Of a stretch of DNA of 64,000 bases, positions 38,138 through 53,262 are shown piece after piece (position 1 is the stretch's first letter; each line of letters begins with the position of its first letter). Origin of the DNA: Tubiluchus corallicola (Eukaryota; Animalia; Priapulida); NCBI GenBank assembly GCA_030141605.1, contig JAQGDQ010000426.1, positions 1-64,000 on the forward strand, read 5' to 3'. The notes below the pieces were generated by a model. That model was not told the DNA's origin and did not search any database. It saw only the letters and a list, made by a program, of their open reading frames with translations. The position numbers were made by a program, and so were the translations under genes.

Positions 38138-39909
38138 CCAGAACGTTTTTCTGCAGGCTCTTTGGCCAAAATTTCGAAAAAAGCCGGAGTTTGGTCCGGG
38201 AAAATGCCCGTTACGGAACGCCGTGGCCCTCTCGCGAATTCTAAATATGCCTACTACGCCCACCGCTGAGCGGGCTACCTATTAATAGCCAGCACCACCC
38301 ATGGCCCGTTCCCATACGATATACGAACAATATTATTATTGTAAAAGCTATATATTTGCTTTATTTTTAATTTTAAATGCATAATACTAAATCTACCTAC
38401 AATCGTTTTTTCTCAACTCATTTGCTTACTTGTCGATCACTACTGTTTGCTAATTATTATTTTTTTGCTAAATTATTGAGGTTACTATTTTCTTGTTTTT
38501 CGATTTTTGTACTTTATAAAATAAATTCATATCGGGGTTTATCGCTCCAAATCAAAGCCGCACTGCCGTTTTTGTTAATATTGGTTTGAGCGCATCCACA
38601 AATACTTTTAACATTTAAAATGCACTTGGTAAGAGCCGTAAGCTGTTAAAATACGATCAAACCAAGACGAACTGTTATAGGCAGAATTTTAAAAAAGTAA
38701 TTTTGTTGAAAGAGCCGGGTTGGCTTCAATAAGAGTATTAAGGCCTGTGCGAACCTCACTTAATAAATTTTAATTTTGTAGTCAAGGTGGCTCCATCTAG
38801 CTGGAAAGTTTAAAGTGTGGGCATTGACCCAGTTATGTTTCATTATGCTGTTCTGTAGTATGTGTGAACATGTGTCTTGTACAAGCTAGCGAAATTTTTC
38901 ATTAGATATATGCTGCAACGTAAGTTTATTTCCATTAATTTTTATTCTGATTTATTCACTGATATTTTTGAAATGACTAAATAGCTGTCAGTCTAACTAA
39001 ACTATGTAACTTTTCATAAAATTTGCCAATGTCTGTCACTTTTGCTTTTCTATTTTAATTTTTAAATATTGCAGAAATAAAGATCAGTTGTTTACATGAA
39101 ATTCAACTGAGACTTTTGAAGATTTATCATGAATGCCTCTCAGAGACGCTAACAATGAAAATTTGCAAAGAATGTTTACTGATTACCAATTGCCAATTAC
39201 CAATTGCATAACTGGGACTAGTGCGTTATGCTGCTAAAATACTCAATAATGGTCCTAGGAAATCATTGCATTCGTCTAGGTTGTCACTCTCCTGGATAAG
39301 CAAATAACAATGTTACAGATTATTAAAAATGTTCATTGTCATCTGGCTCTATAATATTAAAAGTTTACATTGAAATTCTTCCACCATAAATAGACTAAAC
39401 CGTTTCTTAAACTGACTCGGGATACACCTTGCCGTTAAATTCGGGGTGAATTGTGTTTAAGAAACGGAGATTTTCTTTATTATAACATTAGCTCTTGTGA
39501 GCATGTCAAATCATATTTTCACAAAGTTCTAAATTAATAGACAAACATATAGGGTTTCTTACAAAATTTCGTTAAAACTACCAACTTTTCAAGTCTTTAA
39601 AAGGTTATTTGCCATAATCTGTGTTGTGGTTATGCAACTATGGTCTCATTAATAATTGAAAGTTCCACTGCCCAATGACTTGTTATGAACAAATGGCAGC
39701 GCCAGTACATCGTCTGGTCCGGCGTTGTCAACCATCAGTTTGTCTTTTCAGAATGCTTTCACGTTATGACAAAGGAACTGTATTCCTCGTACATATGGTA
39801 TTTATGTTATACATTTGTGCAAAAAAACATGCTGCTACTAGTTTACTGATTACGCTTTAGAGCACTACTGGTTGTGATATGTTAGCTCTGCACGCGTTAT
39901 TGGCTAATA

Positions 39910-40353
39910 TTGCTTGTGGTGTGTTAGGTCTACAAACGTTTTATACTATACTGCTTATGGTGTGTTAGGTTTACAAACGTTTTATACTATATTGCTTATG
40001 GTGTGTTAGGCCTACAAACGTTTTATACTATACTGCTTATGGTGTGTTAGGTCTACAAACGTTTTATACTATACTGCTTATGGTGTGTTAGGTCTACAAA
40101 CGTTTTATACTATACTGCTTATGGTGTGTTAGGCCTACAAACGCTTTATACTATACTGCTTATGGTGTGTCAGGTCTACAAACGTTTTATACTATACTGC
40201 TTATGGTGTGTCAGGTTTGCAAACGTTTTATACTATACTGCTTATGGTATGTTAGGCCTACAAACGCTTTATACTATGCTGCTTATGGTGTGTTAGGTCT
40301 ACAAACGCTTTATACTATACTGCTTATGGTGTGTTAGGTTTGCAAACGTTTTA
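39910..40353. repeat. 41-bp minisatellite, ~10-11 copies
   Basis: Unit TGGTGTGTTAGGTCTACAAACGTTTTATACTATACTGCTTA. Confidence 0.95.
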
Positions 40354-42150
40354 TTAATAAATAAATTATTAATGGATTAGTGGAAAAAATAAAAAAGTAC
40401 TATTATTAACATGCATTCATATATATATATGTAAAAACACGAAAACTTACGGTACAGTGTTATATGTATATATGTATAATAAAATGTTTTATTGTCTTCT
40501 GCTAAAGCACATTGTACGTGCAGCCAAAACATCGCAAACAATGCCATTATGTACAAAAGTATAAATAAAGGCTAGAACAATTATTAACACATTCATTATT
40601 AAACGTAGTACATATGTGCCAAAACTCTGCTAATATTACAAATGTGTACGCAGTAACTATACGAGTATTATGTCGAAAATACTAAAAATTATTGTCATCA
40701 ATGTTTTACTTCATTTCTACGTTATCATAAGCTACGTTCACACTTTATAAATTCGGCTTAGTAACATAAGCCACAGAAACATTTTTGTTAACTGTTGGCA
40801 AACACATTGAAATTTTATTTTATCGATATTCTTATCTCAACTACGATCGAAAAAAACGTTAGAAATGAGTTGTTTTATCTAGAGTTGAATGTGTGTGTGT
40901 GTGTGTGTGTGTACGGCACGTATAATGTAAGTTTTTTGACTTGCACCATGTTGATATAAAAATTTGAACTTAAACGAAAGCTATAACGTTTAGAAATATA
41001 ATATTATGTACATAGCATCTGCACAGTATTATGTAAAAAGCACACAATACTAGCTGCCCTTATTACACCAAAATAAAAATGTATTTAATATAATCTTTTT
41101 GCGCTGACTACGTCTATAAAATTATGTTTGATGGTACAGATTATTTTTAAGCAAAAACATGCAAAAAAGTTTACCAAAACAAAAAATATACATTTATGAT
41201 AGATACATCACGTGCAGCATTTTAGCAGAAACACATCAATGTTGAAAATGGTATCAAAATTATCCTGCAGGTGGCGCCACACTGCTGGAATTGGTTTTAT
41301 CCAGCTTATTCGAACGAATATATAAAGCAATTCAGAAACAGTTGAATATAAAAAAATTCTGTAGGTATAATAATTAAAACTGAGATATTTATAGCCTTGA
41401 TGATCAAATAAGTCGCAAGTGTAGCAAATGAGTTTCAGACATTTTCGATGCAGATGAATTAGAACTTGTAATGAAAGGTGAGATAATTTTTTGTGGTAAA
41501 GACAAATCATATGATTACCTGGATGAAAAAATGTAACAAATTTAACTTTCTCACACGATCACAAGTTTTTGTTTTATATATAAATTTCAGAATTCAAAAT
41601 TTCGATTTTTATACAATTTCAAGTAAGATTTCTCTACTAATTAAGTGTCACATGATTTTCATACATCGTATTTTTCTAAAATGTTTTAATAAAAAGGATT
41701 GAATTGTGCGAGCAGAAAGTTTGTCATACATATTTACATTCTACAAGGTTACAAATGCACAAACGTGTTGTGACAATAAGAAAAATACAGAAAGGGATAA
41801 CGTGCGAGTTGTTGTGTTGTGTTGGATGCCACTGACAAGACAACTTAGACACAAATACAAATAACATGTGTTCAACTAGTGAAGCAGTCACTGACAGTAA
41901 TTATTTTTTATGTTTCAAAAGTTAATTTTTTTATAAAATGACTTAATTTTAGAAAACTTGCTAAAATGTTGATATTCAACATTGAATCATTATAGTTGAC
42001 TCGACCTGAGAAACTTTGAAATTAAAACGTCTGATGAAGTTGAAAACCCAATATTCAATACATATGCAGTAAGCAGGCTCGTCCGTTTCTTGTATTATTA
42101 TGTGTGAAATTGTTAGGTTTACTATTGAAAGATATGGTCAGCTGTTTTAA

Positions 42151-42813
42151 AGCACAAGGAAACCCTCCAATTACATAAAGCTTAAAAAATTCGTCTCGAA
42201 TTTTATACCACCTGCATACTACCTTTTCACATGCATGGCTTGCATCGGACGTAACGCTGTATAAAACGTGTAAATTTAAACTCCCGCGATGACCGTTGGG
42301 TGCAGCCATTTTAATCGTCGGGCGTTTGAAACAAGTTTAGATAACACTGAGTAAAGCTTGAAAAAATAATTAGAGCATTCGTAGTATACATGTTGCTAAT
42401 TAAGTAAAATTTTAAATTACTGTATCTTGTCAATAAGATTAAAAATACGTTTTTGGCTAGTGGCGCACCTTGGAGGGTGAGTCAGCGACATTTTACCAAT
42501 TGGCATAAATATTTTAAACTATTAGTTTAGTTACATACGTCTTTACAGCGGGTAAACGAAATGCTAAGTAATATAGATTTGCACGGAAAGTTTTTTTGGG
42601 TCATAATTTAACACTTCCTTTTCTTCCCCTGATTTACGTGTTTTAGTGACGTCATGTAATGGCGCCGTTGGAACAGTATTTCGGGAGATTTAAAATGCAA
42701 ATAAACGAAAATTCCTTTCAAGGCTAATACGTTATGTGCATAAAATTGCCGTAAATATAATTTTTTAAGGCGACTTTTCTGAAACCTACTTCAGGTGCCC
42801 CTTTTCTTGTCCT
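42151..42813 (+). mobile_element. TTAA-flanked MITE family A (Kolobok-like)
   Basis: ttaa|AGCACAAGGAAA..TTTTCTTGTCCT|tcaa; colinear with 51445-52125. Confidence 0.78.
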
Positions 42814-43726
42814 TCAAGTGTATTATTATGCTGGCTCAAAAATCACCTCTAGCTGTTGTTTTGTTGTACTCTAGAATATTGGTAAAATACCATGTTGTTA
42901 TTTCGCAAGCAGGTAGAAGCCCGAATTTAGATATATCAAGCTAACGACTTTTGTCTAAAAACAGCTAGATAATTTTAGTTTTGTAGCACAGGAACTGTCG
43001 CGAATCAGCTTAACATTCGCGAGAAACTCAGGGAACAACAATTTTCTTCTTTGTTTGTTAATGTGGAACTATTTGGCAAGGAGGCGGAGAAGTTGGGAAC
43101 TACTTTTTTGCAGACGGAAAGAAACCCGCTTTTGAGTTAAATTTTTTACAGAGTTTGGTGTTATTTTGTGTCTTTATAAGTTTTAATAAAAGCATTTAAG
43201 AGTTCTGATTAATCCATGTGTCTGAAGCATTTCTTTTCACCTGCCTTCGTTTATTATTTGCAGGTTGTCTGTCTTGTCTGACAAGTGCTTACCAGACATC
43301 AGAGGGGGACGCCCATTTCCCTCCTCGCAAAGGTGAAGTTTTTTGTTAAATTTAATCATCAATGACCAAGGGTAGAAGTGCTACTCGGAACGTAAAAGGA
43401 GGGCATTTTTTATATGTGCCTTTGTGGCACAAGGCTTATGTATCAAATAAATAAAAGTGGCGTCAAAGTTGCACCCTGACGCGTTTCATAGTTATAATGC
43501 AGTCAGAGGCATAACAGCCCTGTATTACCTCGCATTGACAAAAAGTATCTACTAATATTAATTATAGCATTAACATTAATATTAGTATCTTAACTGAAGC
43601 AGTAAGTACAAATACAGTTTTTTCTACATAGAGATTCTTTACAGATCTTCATGAGAATAAAAGAGTGAGTTGGCCCAAGTTAGTCTTGCAAATAGCAAAT
43701 GAGTAAACTGCCATTGTTAGCTTTGG

Positions 43727-44403
43727 CTAACTGTACAGCATTCTTTCTGGCAACAGCCACCGGGCAATCGTGTACAACATGTTCGCATACCAATGTATAC
43801 CTTCTGGACTGTGTTCCGGATGTGACGTCACGGGAGCATGGCGAAGTTTTCGTAAGAACTGTTTCCAGTTCCTGTAAAGTCTGACCGGGGCGAATGCCCA
43901 GTGTGCGATCGTCTGACTGTTGACTACAGCGTAACAGGAGGCCAGCACGTTGTCCACAACAATGTTCCCGTGATAAGTCAACGGTGCGAACACACCTCTT
44001 TCAATATGGCGGACAACTTTTTTCACTCTGTCCGCCGTCAATTCTAAATTCGTATTTTCCCGCGTATAAATGAATTCTCCAAGTTGCACATCACGAGCGA
44101 ATTTCACGTGAGTGGGATAAAACTGGCTTAAATTCGTGTGAATTCTCGTGTACAGTAAATGACTGGGAGTTACTGTAACGGATCTGTTTCGTTCCGTTTC
44201 TAGACTTACAAATTCCCGCCTATTTTCTATGCGTCTGTCTAAGAATAAAATCACATCACTGTAAATAAAATGTCCGTTCGAATCGGCGGCTAAAACTCGG
44301 TCGCCGATTCGGAGATCTTTCATCTTCTTTCTTTCGCCTGTTTCCGTGTGAACTATGCTATCAGCTGTAAAACATCCACCAGATCTCGCTGCTTCTGATG
44401 ATT
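43727..44403 (-). CDS. hh: Hedgehog, last exon (end of Hh-N plus Hint/Hog autoprocessing domain)
   Basis: Acceptor ttattttcag, phase 1. (E)SSEAARSGG|CF cleavage site, MKDLRIGDRV, SDVILFLDR, TVTPSH (TxxH), GVFAPLTYHGNIVVDNVLASCYA, AHWAFAPVR, GIHWYANMLY. Confidence 0.98.
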
Positions 44404-44439
44404 CTGAAAATAACAGAAAGCATGAGAAAAAACAGCTTT

Positions 44440-44638
44440 ATTATTATTAACTATTATTATTATTATTATTATTAATATTATCATTATCATTATCATTATC
44501 ATTATCATTATCATTATCATTATCATTATCATTATCATTATCATTATCATTATCATTATCATTATCATTAACATTATCATTATCATTATCATTATCATTA
44601 TCATTATCATTATCATTATCATTATCATTATCATTAAC

Positions 44639-44731
<93 letters not shown>

Positions 44732-44913
44732 CATTATTATTATCATTATTATTATCATTATTATTATCATTATTATTATCATTATTATTATCATTAACTA
44801 TTATCATTATCATTATCATTATCATTATCATTATCATTATCATTATCATTATCATTATCATTATCATTATCATTATCATTATCATTATCATTATCATTAT
44901 CATTATCATTATC

Positions 44914-44972
<59 letters not shown>

Positions 44973-45033
44973 CATTATCATTATCATTATCATTATCATT
45001 ATCATTATCATTATCATTATCATTATCATTATC

Positions 45034-45064
<31 letters not shown>

Positions 45065-45115
45065 ACTATTATTACTATTATTATTATTGTTATTATTATT
45101 TTTATTTTTATTATT
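44440..45115. repeat. (ATT)n/(ATCATT)n microsatellite in hh intron 2
   Basis: Directly visible. Confidence 0.97.
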
Positions 45116-45369
45116 AATGATGTTACAAATCCACAATTAATTAAATTGTGATAGGAAACTTGAAAACAGGAAATGTGAAAAAGCTGGATGCAGGTTTAAT
45201 TTGAACAGGAATTCTCTATTTACATTGTAGTCGCCACAGTGGCCTTAGGCTACCTGGTCAGTGTATTCGTCAGTGGTCAAAAAATCCAAAGTTCATCCCT
45301 TATTGGAAATGCTGAATTTTTTTATCAGTTATAAGTGATAAAATTGGTACTATTTTGCCCACAATTATA

Positions 45370-45435
45370 CGGCGATCTTGTGGTCTAAAACGTCTGCAAT
45401 GTAAGTGGAACCTGGTTCAAATCCAGGTCGCATTA
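45370..45435 (+). mobile_element. tRNA-derived SINE head (degenerate)
   Basis: A-box-like TGTGGTCTAA and B-box GGTTCAAATCC; no full cloverleaf. Confidence 0.4.
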
Positions 45436-46761
45436 TAACTTTTCATACTTGCTGTCTTTCAAGTTTCATATCAAAATTTAAGTAAAAAATGTTAACGCCT
45501 CGATAAGGCCTTTAAGGTAACATTAGCTCACATTTTTCAGGAAGTTCAATACTCTGCACGCAGTGGCACGGTTTGTTAAATGTAGAAGGGTGTGGCTGGA
45601 CCAGAACTTTGTATTTGTCAAGGATAACTCAACAAAATAAGATAGTGATCTGGCAAAACGCCCATGATTCTTTTCAATAGGAGAAATGTAGCATGGCAGA
45701 TGAAACTGCCCCAGTGGTCGCCCATTTCTTTGTTAAGTGGTCTTTATGCTGCTTAACTTTCAATACCATCGTCATCAATCAGCTGTTGTCATTGCCTTTT
45801 CCCTTTCTGAATGGTGGACGGCGCCATATGGCTTGCTCAATATCAAGATATAGGGTGGCACAGAAAAAATACGCCGAAGTTTAGATTATAATAATTTAGA
45901 TTAGAAGCAAGTTTTCTACAAAGCTAAAATTTCACAGCCCGATACTACGATGCAGTAAATTTCGACAGTGAAAGATACAAATTTGTACTTTAATAGTTTT
46001 TAACAGTTGTGTGGTTATAATATACAGATCATAAAGTTAAACCGTGTTTTCATCCATTGATGTCATCTGTTCAACACGAACATTGCAACAAAAACAATCT
46101 GATTAATCTGCCCATGTCGGTTGTTGGCTCTCCCCAAAACACCCCAACGACAACTTTGGCGCCACGACAACATGAATCTTCACCGTGCAAGAAACTTTTG
46201 CATGTTAAAAATGTGAATGCTAGAACACTGTCAGTTAGTCAACAATTGACAAACAGCCACGTCGATGCATTTGAAACAGTTAATACATGGCAGCACAACA
46301 AAAAAGAAACCAACCAGTTTACGTCAAGGTCTTCACCACAGAAAAAATACCGATAAAGATTTGTTGTGAAGGAAAAATGGAACTTGATCTATTTATAGAT
46401 TATATATTACATATTACATTTATTAATGATCTATTTATATTAATGTACTATTTACAATTTCCAGAGAAAGCGTACGACGACCGCACAGAACCGTTTTACT
46501 TTGATGTAGAGGAACTAAAGACAAAAATTGTTGAACGTTCTGACCAAACATCCTTAAAAAGCAAGAAGAGTTGGAAGGAAGAAACACTTTCGTCTAATTT
46601 GTAGTGAAAATGTTGGACACGCACAGAGAACTTGTAAATTCTAACAAAAGTGACACGAAATTTATTCCCGCATTGATCTTTTTTGACTTGTTATTCTTAA
46701 GCTTCTGTATCTTTATGCAAATTTAAGAGCGTTTTGGCGTTTATATACATGTGTCTGTTAC

Positions 46762-46925
46762 CAGGGCCTATTTCTGGGGGAGGATGTGGGGATACATCCC
46801 CTGGGCCTCGTGCCTAGGTAACATTTTTTGCTTTATGCGAACATACTGCCTCCTCGCTATTTTCTCTTCGAAAATGCTTCTCCGGCGTTCTAGCAATTCA
46901 AAAATGTTCTGGGCGCCAGCCAAGT
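46762..46925 (-). mobile_element. Partial copy of the hAT-type MITE
   Basis: CAGGGCCTATTTC terminus; internal matches to the 34548 and 58348 copies in reverse orientation. Confidence 0.6.
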
Positions 46926-47554
46926 TATTAGTAATTCAAAAAAATACAAAATGATGTATTTACTTACATCGTATGTCTCCATAAAGCTAATCTAGTATTT
47001 ACCAATATATCTGACAAATTATGCCACTATCATACTGTGAAAAACTACTTTTAAAGAAGCCTGTTAACGTCTACCGACTAACTCGCTTGCCCAGGTAGAA
47101 ACAGATCTGCACAGGTGAGTGCCCGTGGTCACGTGACCAACGAGATACTTGGCGAAATTCCGTACAAGTGTAATGATTTTCAAGCGATTCCATTTTCTTC
47201 TCATAATGTGATGATCAAAACTTTAACACACATTGACATAATTACTTTCTGAAACCTTATACTTTTTTGCTTCTGGCAAGAATGCAAATGCACAGATATT
47301 CGTATGTATGTTTATACTGCTTAGCGTATTTACAATAAACAATTATATTATATTAGTTATATAATTATAATTAATTATATTAGTAACAATTCTGAGAGGG
47401 TGGCTGGCCTCGATAACTTATAGTTCTTTCGCCACCCTTTCACCACTAATCAATAATCACTTTTGCACTTTGTAATATTATTGTATGTTGTACAGATTTA
47501 TAAAACTCTTAGTTATGTATTTTGCTATTTTAAAAATGGTGATAAACTAATAAA

Positions 47555-48268
<714 letters not shown>

Positions 48269-49301
48269 GACATTTTTACATATTTGATTATAGAGAAAAA
48301 ATGCGTAAAATAATTAAGTGTTCAAGATTTATAATCATACAAATCAAGCAACACAAAGAGAAACACAGAAAGGTAAATGCACACACAAATTTTTCATAAA
48401 CGTTTTTTTACAGCAAGTTGCAACACAACCCGTTGTGCTAGTTTTTTTGTCTAAACTTATCACCATGAAAATTTTTATCCATTTTTACATATCAGAGAAA
48501 TTAGTGTGTAAAATATTTGATTGCATTGCGAATTACATCAGGAGTACCAAATGTTTTCATGTGATCAGACCTTAAGATCCCTTTTGTGTATTTTACGATA
48601 AATTTAAGGCAGTCATTGTTATTATTTAATTGTTATATTATTCACTGTGTCACATCTACTAACTTTGTATGTAAACGTCTTTGTTTATATGTATTTCTAT
48701 GTATGTACATCGATTTGTGTTTGTTTGTATTTATATTATGTTATTTTTCTGCACTTATGCTTGGTCACATACTTGCACGGTGAGGGTTCATGTTGTCGTG
48801 GCGCCAAAGTTGTCGCTGAGGTGTTTTGGGTAGAGCCAACAACCGACATTGGCGATTTATCAGACTGTTTTTGTTGCGATGTTGCGTGTTAAACAGATGA
48901 AATCACTGGATGAAAACATGGTTTAACTTTATGATGTGCATGTTATAACCATAAAACTGTTTAAGCCCATTGCTTGCTTTCTCCTCTTACTACTAAGTGT
49001 GAAAAACTACTACATTCACAGAGAAGCCAAGTAACCCAATTACATACAAACATACAAGCTGTAGCAAGTACATAGATATATTGAAAGCTTCAAGGTGTAC
49101 AAACAGATGTTAGCACTGAGTTAGTGGTATGAAAAACTAAAGTTTAAAACTACAAATCAAAATTAATAATAAAATTAAATGCTCGCATCCGCGACACATG
49201 TATCAGTTTTAAAAACTGTTCAATTTGAAACAAACTATGTTTAAACTAAACTCAAGTGAGTGTGTAATAGCAGCAGATGATGGGTTTCATCTCGGTCTCA
49301 C

Positions 49302-49563
49302 CTGATTTTACTGAGCAGTGAATATGACCCCTGGATTCGTAGTACACCCAGTCGAATCCCGCCTCTACTGCTAACCGTCCCAGTAGACCATTCTTTGATC
49401 TGTCTCTATCACTGGTCTGTATGTCCACAGCTCTCCCCTCGTAATGCAGAGAGTCAGCAGAATGCTGATTGTCCTCATCCCAGGCTTCTGTGACACGTAG
49501 TTTAATACCTGGCCATTGATTGACTGTCGAGACAGCTAAGGTGTTGAGTCTATCTCGACACCT
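49302..49563 (-). CDS. hh: Hedgehog, exon 2 (Hh-N signalling domain)
   Basis: Acceptor ttctttttcag, donor gtgaga, 262 nt, phase 0-1: [87 protein letters not shown]. Confidence 0.99.
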
Positions 49564-50429
49564 CTGAAAAAGAAAACAATTCAATTTATTTCAAATTTTT
49601 ATTTCGATAACTAATACAGTACTAAAAGGAAATAAAATACAATGAAATAAAAAATTACGAGATTAAATATATATACATGGCTAGTTAATTAAAAGCTTGG
49701 AGCTTTTAGAGATTAATTGTGTAATACTTCGTTTCTTTTCACAAAAAAGCTAGAGCTGACGAGTCTAAATTAGCAGTAGCAATTATAATACTATTGCCAC
49801 CGTGCAGTAGTAAAACCTTTTCGAACTCTATAACTGATCATCTGACTATGACTAAAATGGGGGTAGAAATAGGTTTACACATATACCAGAAGACGTCAGA
49901 TTGTGCAATTTGACGTGCAATAAGTCGGTAGATTGACAGATGGATAGCAATAAAAAAATTTTTGGCAATCAGGACAGACAGAGAAATCAGCTGTGTAATC
50001 GATGATTCTAAATTCCTCCCCACGCGGGGTCTTTCAAAAAGCACAAAAATTAAATAGGTAAACCGTGGTAATTGTTCAAAGTTTGAATCATTAAAAAAGT
50101 TTGCATTTTCTGCAAAATGTAAAAACAAGTTACTAGATAATAAATGTTCTGGGAAAGAATACGTTGATTGAGTAATTGAAATACTCAGTTTCAACCGTTT
50201 GATTCCTCATTTTGGACATAAAAAGTCTAAAAAGTGGTTAATACTCAAAATTAGCCGTTTACAGAAGTTACCTAAAACGAGCTTATTTTTAAAACATGCT
50301 TTTTAGCATCCGCATGAACTATTCAAATTACAAGCAATAATTGATCCAATTTTGGTATCAAAAAAGCAAATTAATGTTCTCCAAAATTTACTCGAAATGA
50401 GTAGTTTGACAAGTAATTGATTTGGCATT

Positions 50430-50760
50430 TGCACTTACGTTACATAAAGCGATCACAGAACTAAACAAATATTAGGATGGATTCTAAATATTAAACATGA
50501 GTTCACCAGTATGAGGAATCATCATTTTTACGAAATGAAATCATTGTGGTGTCCAACTTTTTTTGAAAATCCAGTCAAGGTAAATGTAAAAAGATACAAC
50601 ACCAGACATAATGAATATATACCAAGACGATGTAGAACAAATATGGCGAAACATTTCATTAGCTATATGAGACAGTCCTATCGATTAGAGTAAGATGCAG
50701 TCACTCCCTTTCAACTTGTAAAAACCGTCAGAAAAGAAATATTTCAAAAGTATTGAGAGT
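50430..50760 (+). mobile_element. Decayed 3' fragment of a LINE related to the 13820-16850 element
   Basis: NPVKVNVKRYNTRHNEYIPRRCRTNMAKHFISY aligns with NPLSINVRHYSTRFNEFCIKYCRTDAARHFITN. Confidence 0.65.
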
Positions 50761-51444
50761 AACACAGTTTGATAATGGTAATCACCTGCATTCTTTTTCC
50801 ACAGTAATATTAATAAAACCTGACTATGCTCAACAGGTTACTGAACACTTTATAATCATGATCACAGTTTTTCTTAGTTCTCGCTACATTTCATCTTTCA
50901 TTCACTACCCCCCCCTCACTTTTATGTATATATTATCATTATTTCAATTATTAATCACTTCTTTAAGATTTCCACGTACAGTTTGGCCTGTCAAGCTATG
51001 CTTTTAGTCTCAAACTGTATGCATCAAAACTATCGTGCATTATAATTTGCACGTGTATATGCTAGCTGCTTAAGCTGTTTATTTGCATTATTTGGAGTAT
51101 GCTGCATTTGTATTTATATTTACTTTAATGGATAATTAATTATCTGTATTTGAATGATAATTGTAAGAGACAGCGTGGAAATAAACAAACGTTTAGCGAT
51201 TAACTTGTCTTGCTCAGTTCACAAGTACGTAAATTTCAAGTCTAAAATTCGATGTTTGAATCATTGATTCATTTCGAATTATTGAAGTTTTATAGCATTT
51301 TGTTAATCCTTGAAACTATATAACGTAACAAAATTAAATCACAGTACAGGTAAACGCTGAACGATGTCACATAATTTTAGATCTACTGTGGCAACTGAAA
51401 CAAGAAAATGCCTGAAAATTATGTAAAAATAAAAATGAAGTTAA

Positions 51445-52125
51445 AGCACAAGAAAACCCTTCATAAGCATAAAGCTTAAAAAATTCGTCTTGAAATTTTA
51501 TATCACTTACGTGCCTTTTTGCGTGCAGGACTTTCAATCGGCAGTCATGCTGTATAAAACATGTAAATTTAAACTCCCGCGATGACCGTTAGATGCTGCC
51601 ATTTTCACGACAGGTCATTTGAAACAAGTTTAGATAACATTTTGTAAAGTTTGAAAAAATAATCAGAGCATTTGTAGAGCACACGTCACTAATTAAATAA
51701 AATTTAAAATTACTGTATCTTGTCAATAAGATTAAAAATACGTTTTTGGTTAGTTAGTGGTGCACCCTGGAGGGTGAGTCGGCGACAATTTACCAATTGG
51801 TGAAAACATTTTAAATAATTAATAATTTTCTCTTCTAGTTACATAAGTCTTTCTAGCAGGTAAGCGAAAATCTAAGTAATATAGATTTGCACGGAAAGTC
51901 TTTTGAGACATAATTTAACATTGCCTTTTCTTCCGTCGATTTACTTTTGGTACATGACGTCATATAATGGCGACTTCGGAACAGTATTGCGAGAGATTTA
52001 AAATGAAAACAAACTAAAATTCCTTTCAGTGTGAGTAAGATATGCGCATAAAATTGCTATATAATAATATGATTTTTAAGGCGATTTTTTCTGAAACCTA
52101 CTTCAGGTGCCCATTTTCTTGTCCT
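51445..52125 (+). mobile_element. TTAA-flanked MITE family A (Kolobok-like)
   Basis: ttaa|AGCACAAGAAAA..TTTTCTTGTCCT|ttaa: short TIR, AG..CT termini, TTAA TSD. Confidence 0.82.
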
Positions 52126-53262
52126 TTAATGCTATATTGAATAATTTATTTTATTGAACACAAAATTCGTGATATGATTCCTAGTTTCATTGTACTTAGC
52201 CAGCGCAACTCCAGCCTTTGCGTTTGTTAATTGAAAGACAGGTGCGTCGAATATTAATTAACTCAGCACGATCATAATTAATAATTAACAGCCGCTAAAT
52301 TAGAGGAGAAGTTGACCTGATATATATTGCAAAATAATTAGAGACTACGGCATGCTTCTTGATTTAATGACACCCTGGACCCTGACATAATAACAACAGA
52401 TGTGTAAAATTTGTTCAAAATTCTGCTTGTCACGTGTAATTTCAGTTTCAATTGACTAACTGATTATTAGATATGTAAGTAGTCATATATAGTAGCAATT
52501 TTCTTTGCTACATTTTTTTTGTTTTTAAATCGTTTGTTTATCATATTCCTTGGTTAAACAGCAAACAATCATTACCAATGTACAATTCATTTGTTACTTC
52601 AGTACTTTGAAACGTCTTTAAAACAAAACGTCTTTATAAGAACGTTTAAAAGCCATTTCTACGACACAAGAGTTACAATAGGGCCTATAACTTTACAAAA
52701 AAACCATGGGCAAAAATGAAAAAAAATCTATATATTAATTCCGCTGGTAAATATATACCATATAATATATATATATATATAAGATTCGAGGCTACAGCTC
52801 CAACGACGGCACCATTTGCGGCGATCTATACATCAAACGAAAGGTCTCGATCTAGTGCCGTGCCATTGGGGGTTTATTTTTCTAATCGGGCCCACCGAGA
52901 TGATTGAAGAATTATTATATGAATGATATTAATGTGCAATTCGTTAGAAATGTGACAAGAAAAAGACAACTTTTTTAACTAAAAGAGTAAGTCTACAGTA
53001 TGGCGTTTCCAGGATTGTTCTTAGACCGGGCAGCAATGATTAAAAGTCCAGTGCTCGAACATCGTTTTCAACCAGCTAATAACTTTGTGAATACTTGAAA
53101 AAACAAATATCATGGACAGTGACAAACCAGCATTCTTTTGCTTTATTAACCTTACACGCCGATGATGTTGTCTGGTTGATACTAGACCCGGAAGAACTGG
53201 GACGAAAACAAATTCAATTCAATTTAATTCATTTTTAATTTATTTATCTCTTTATAATACTA

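Noticed and set aside
43727-44373. Hint domain as a mobile intein
   Set aside because: It is the normal Hog autoprocessing domain of Hedgehog, with GG|CF and a sterol-recognition region and no endonuclease.
45370-45435. Functional tRNA gene
   Set aside because: Only A/B-box-like motifs; no complete cloverleaf or terminator.
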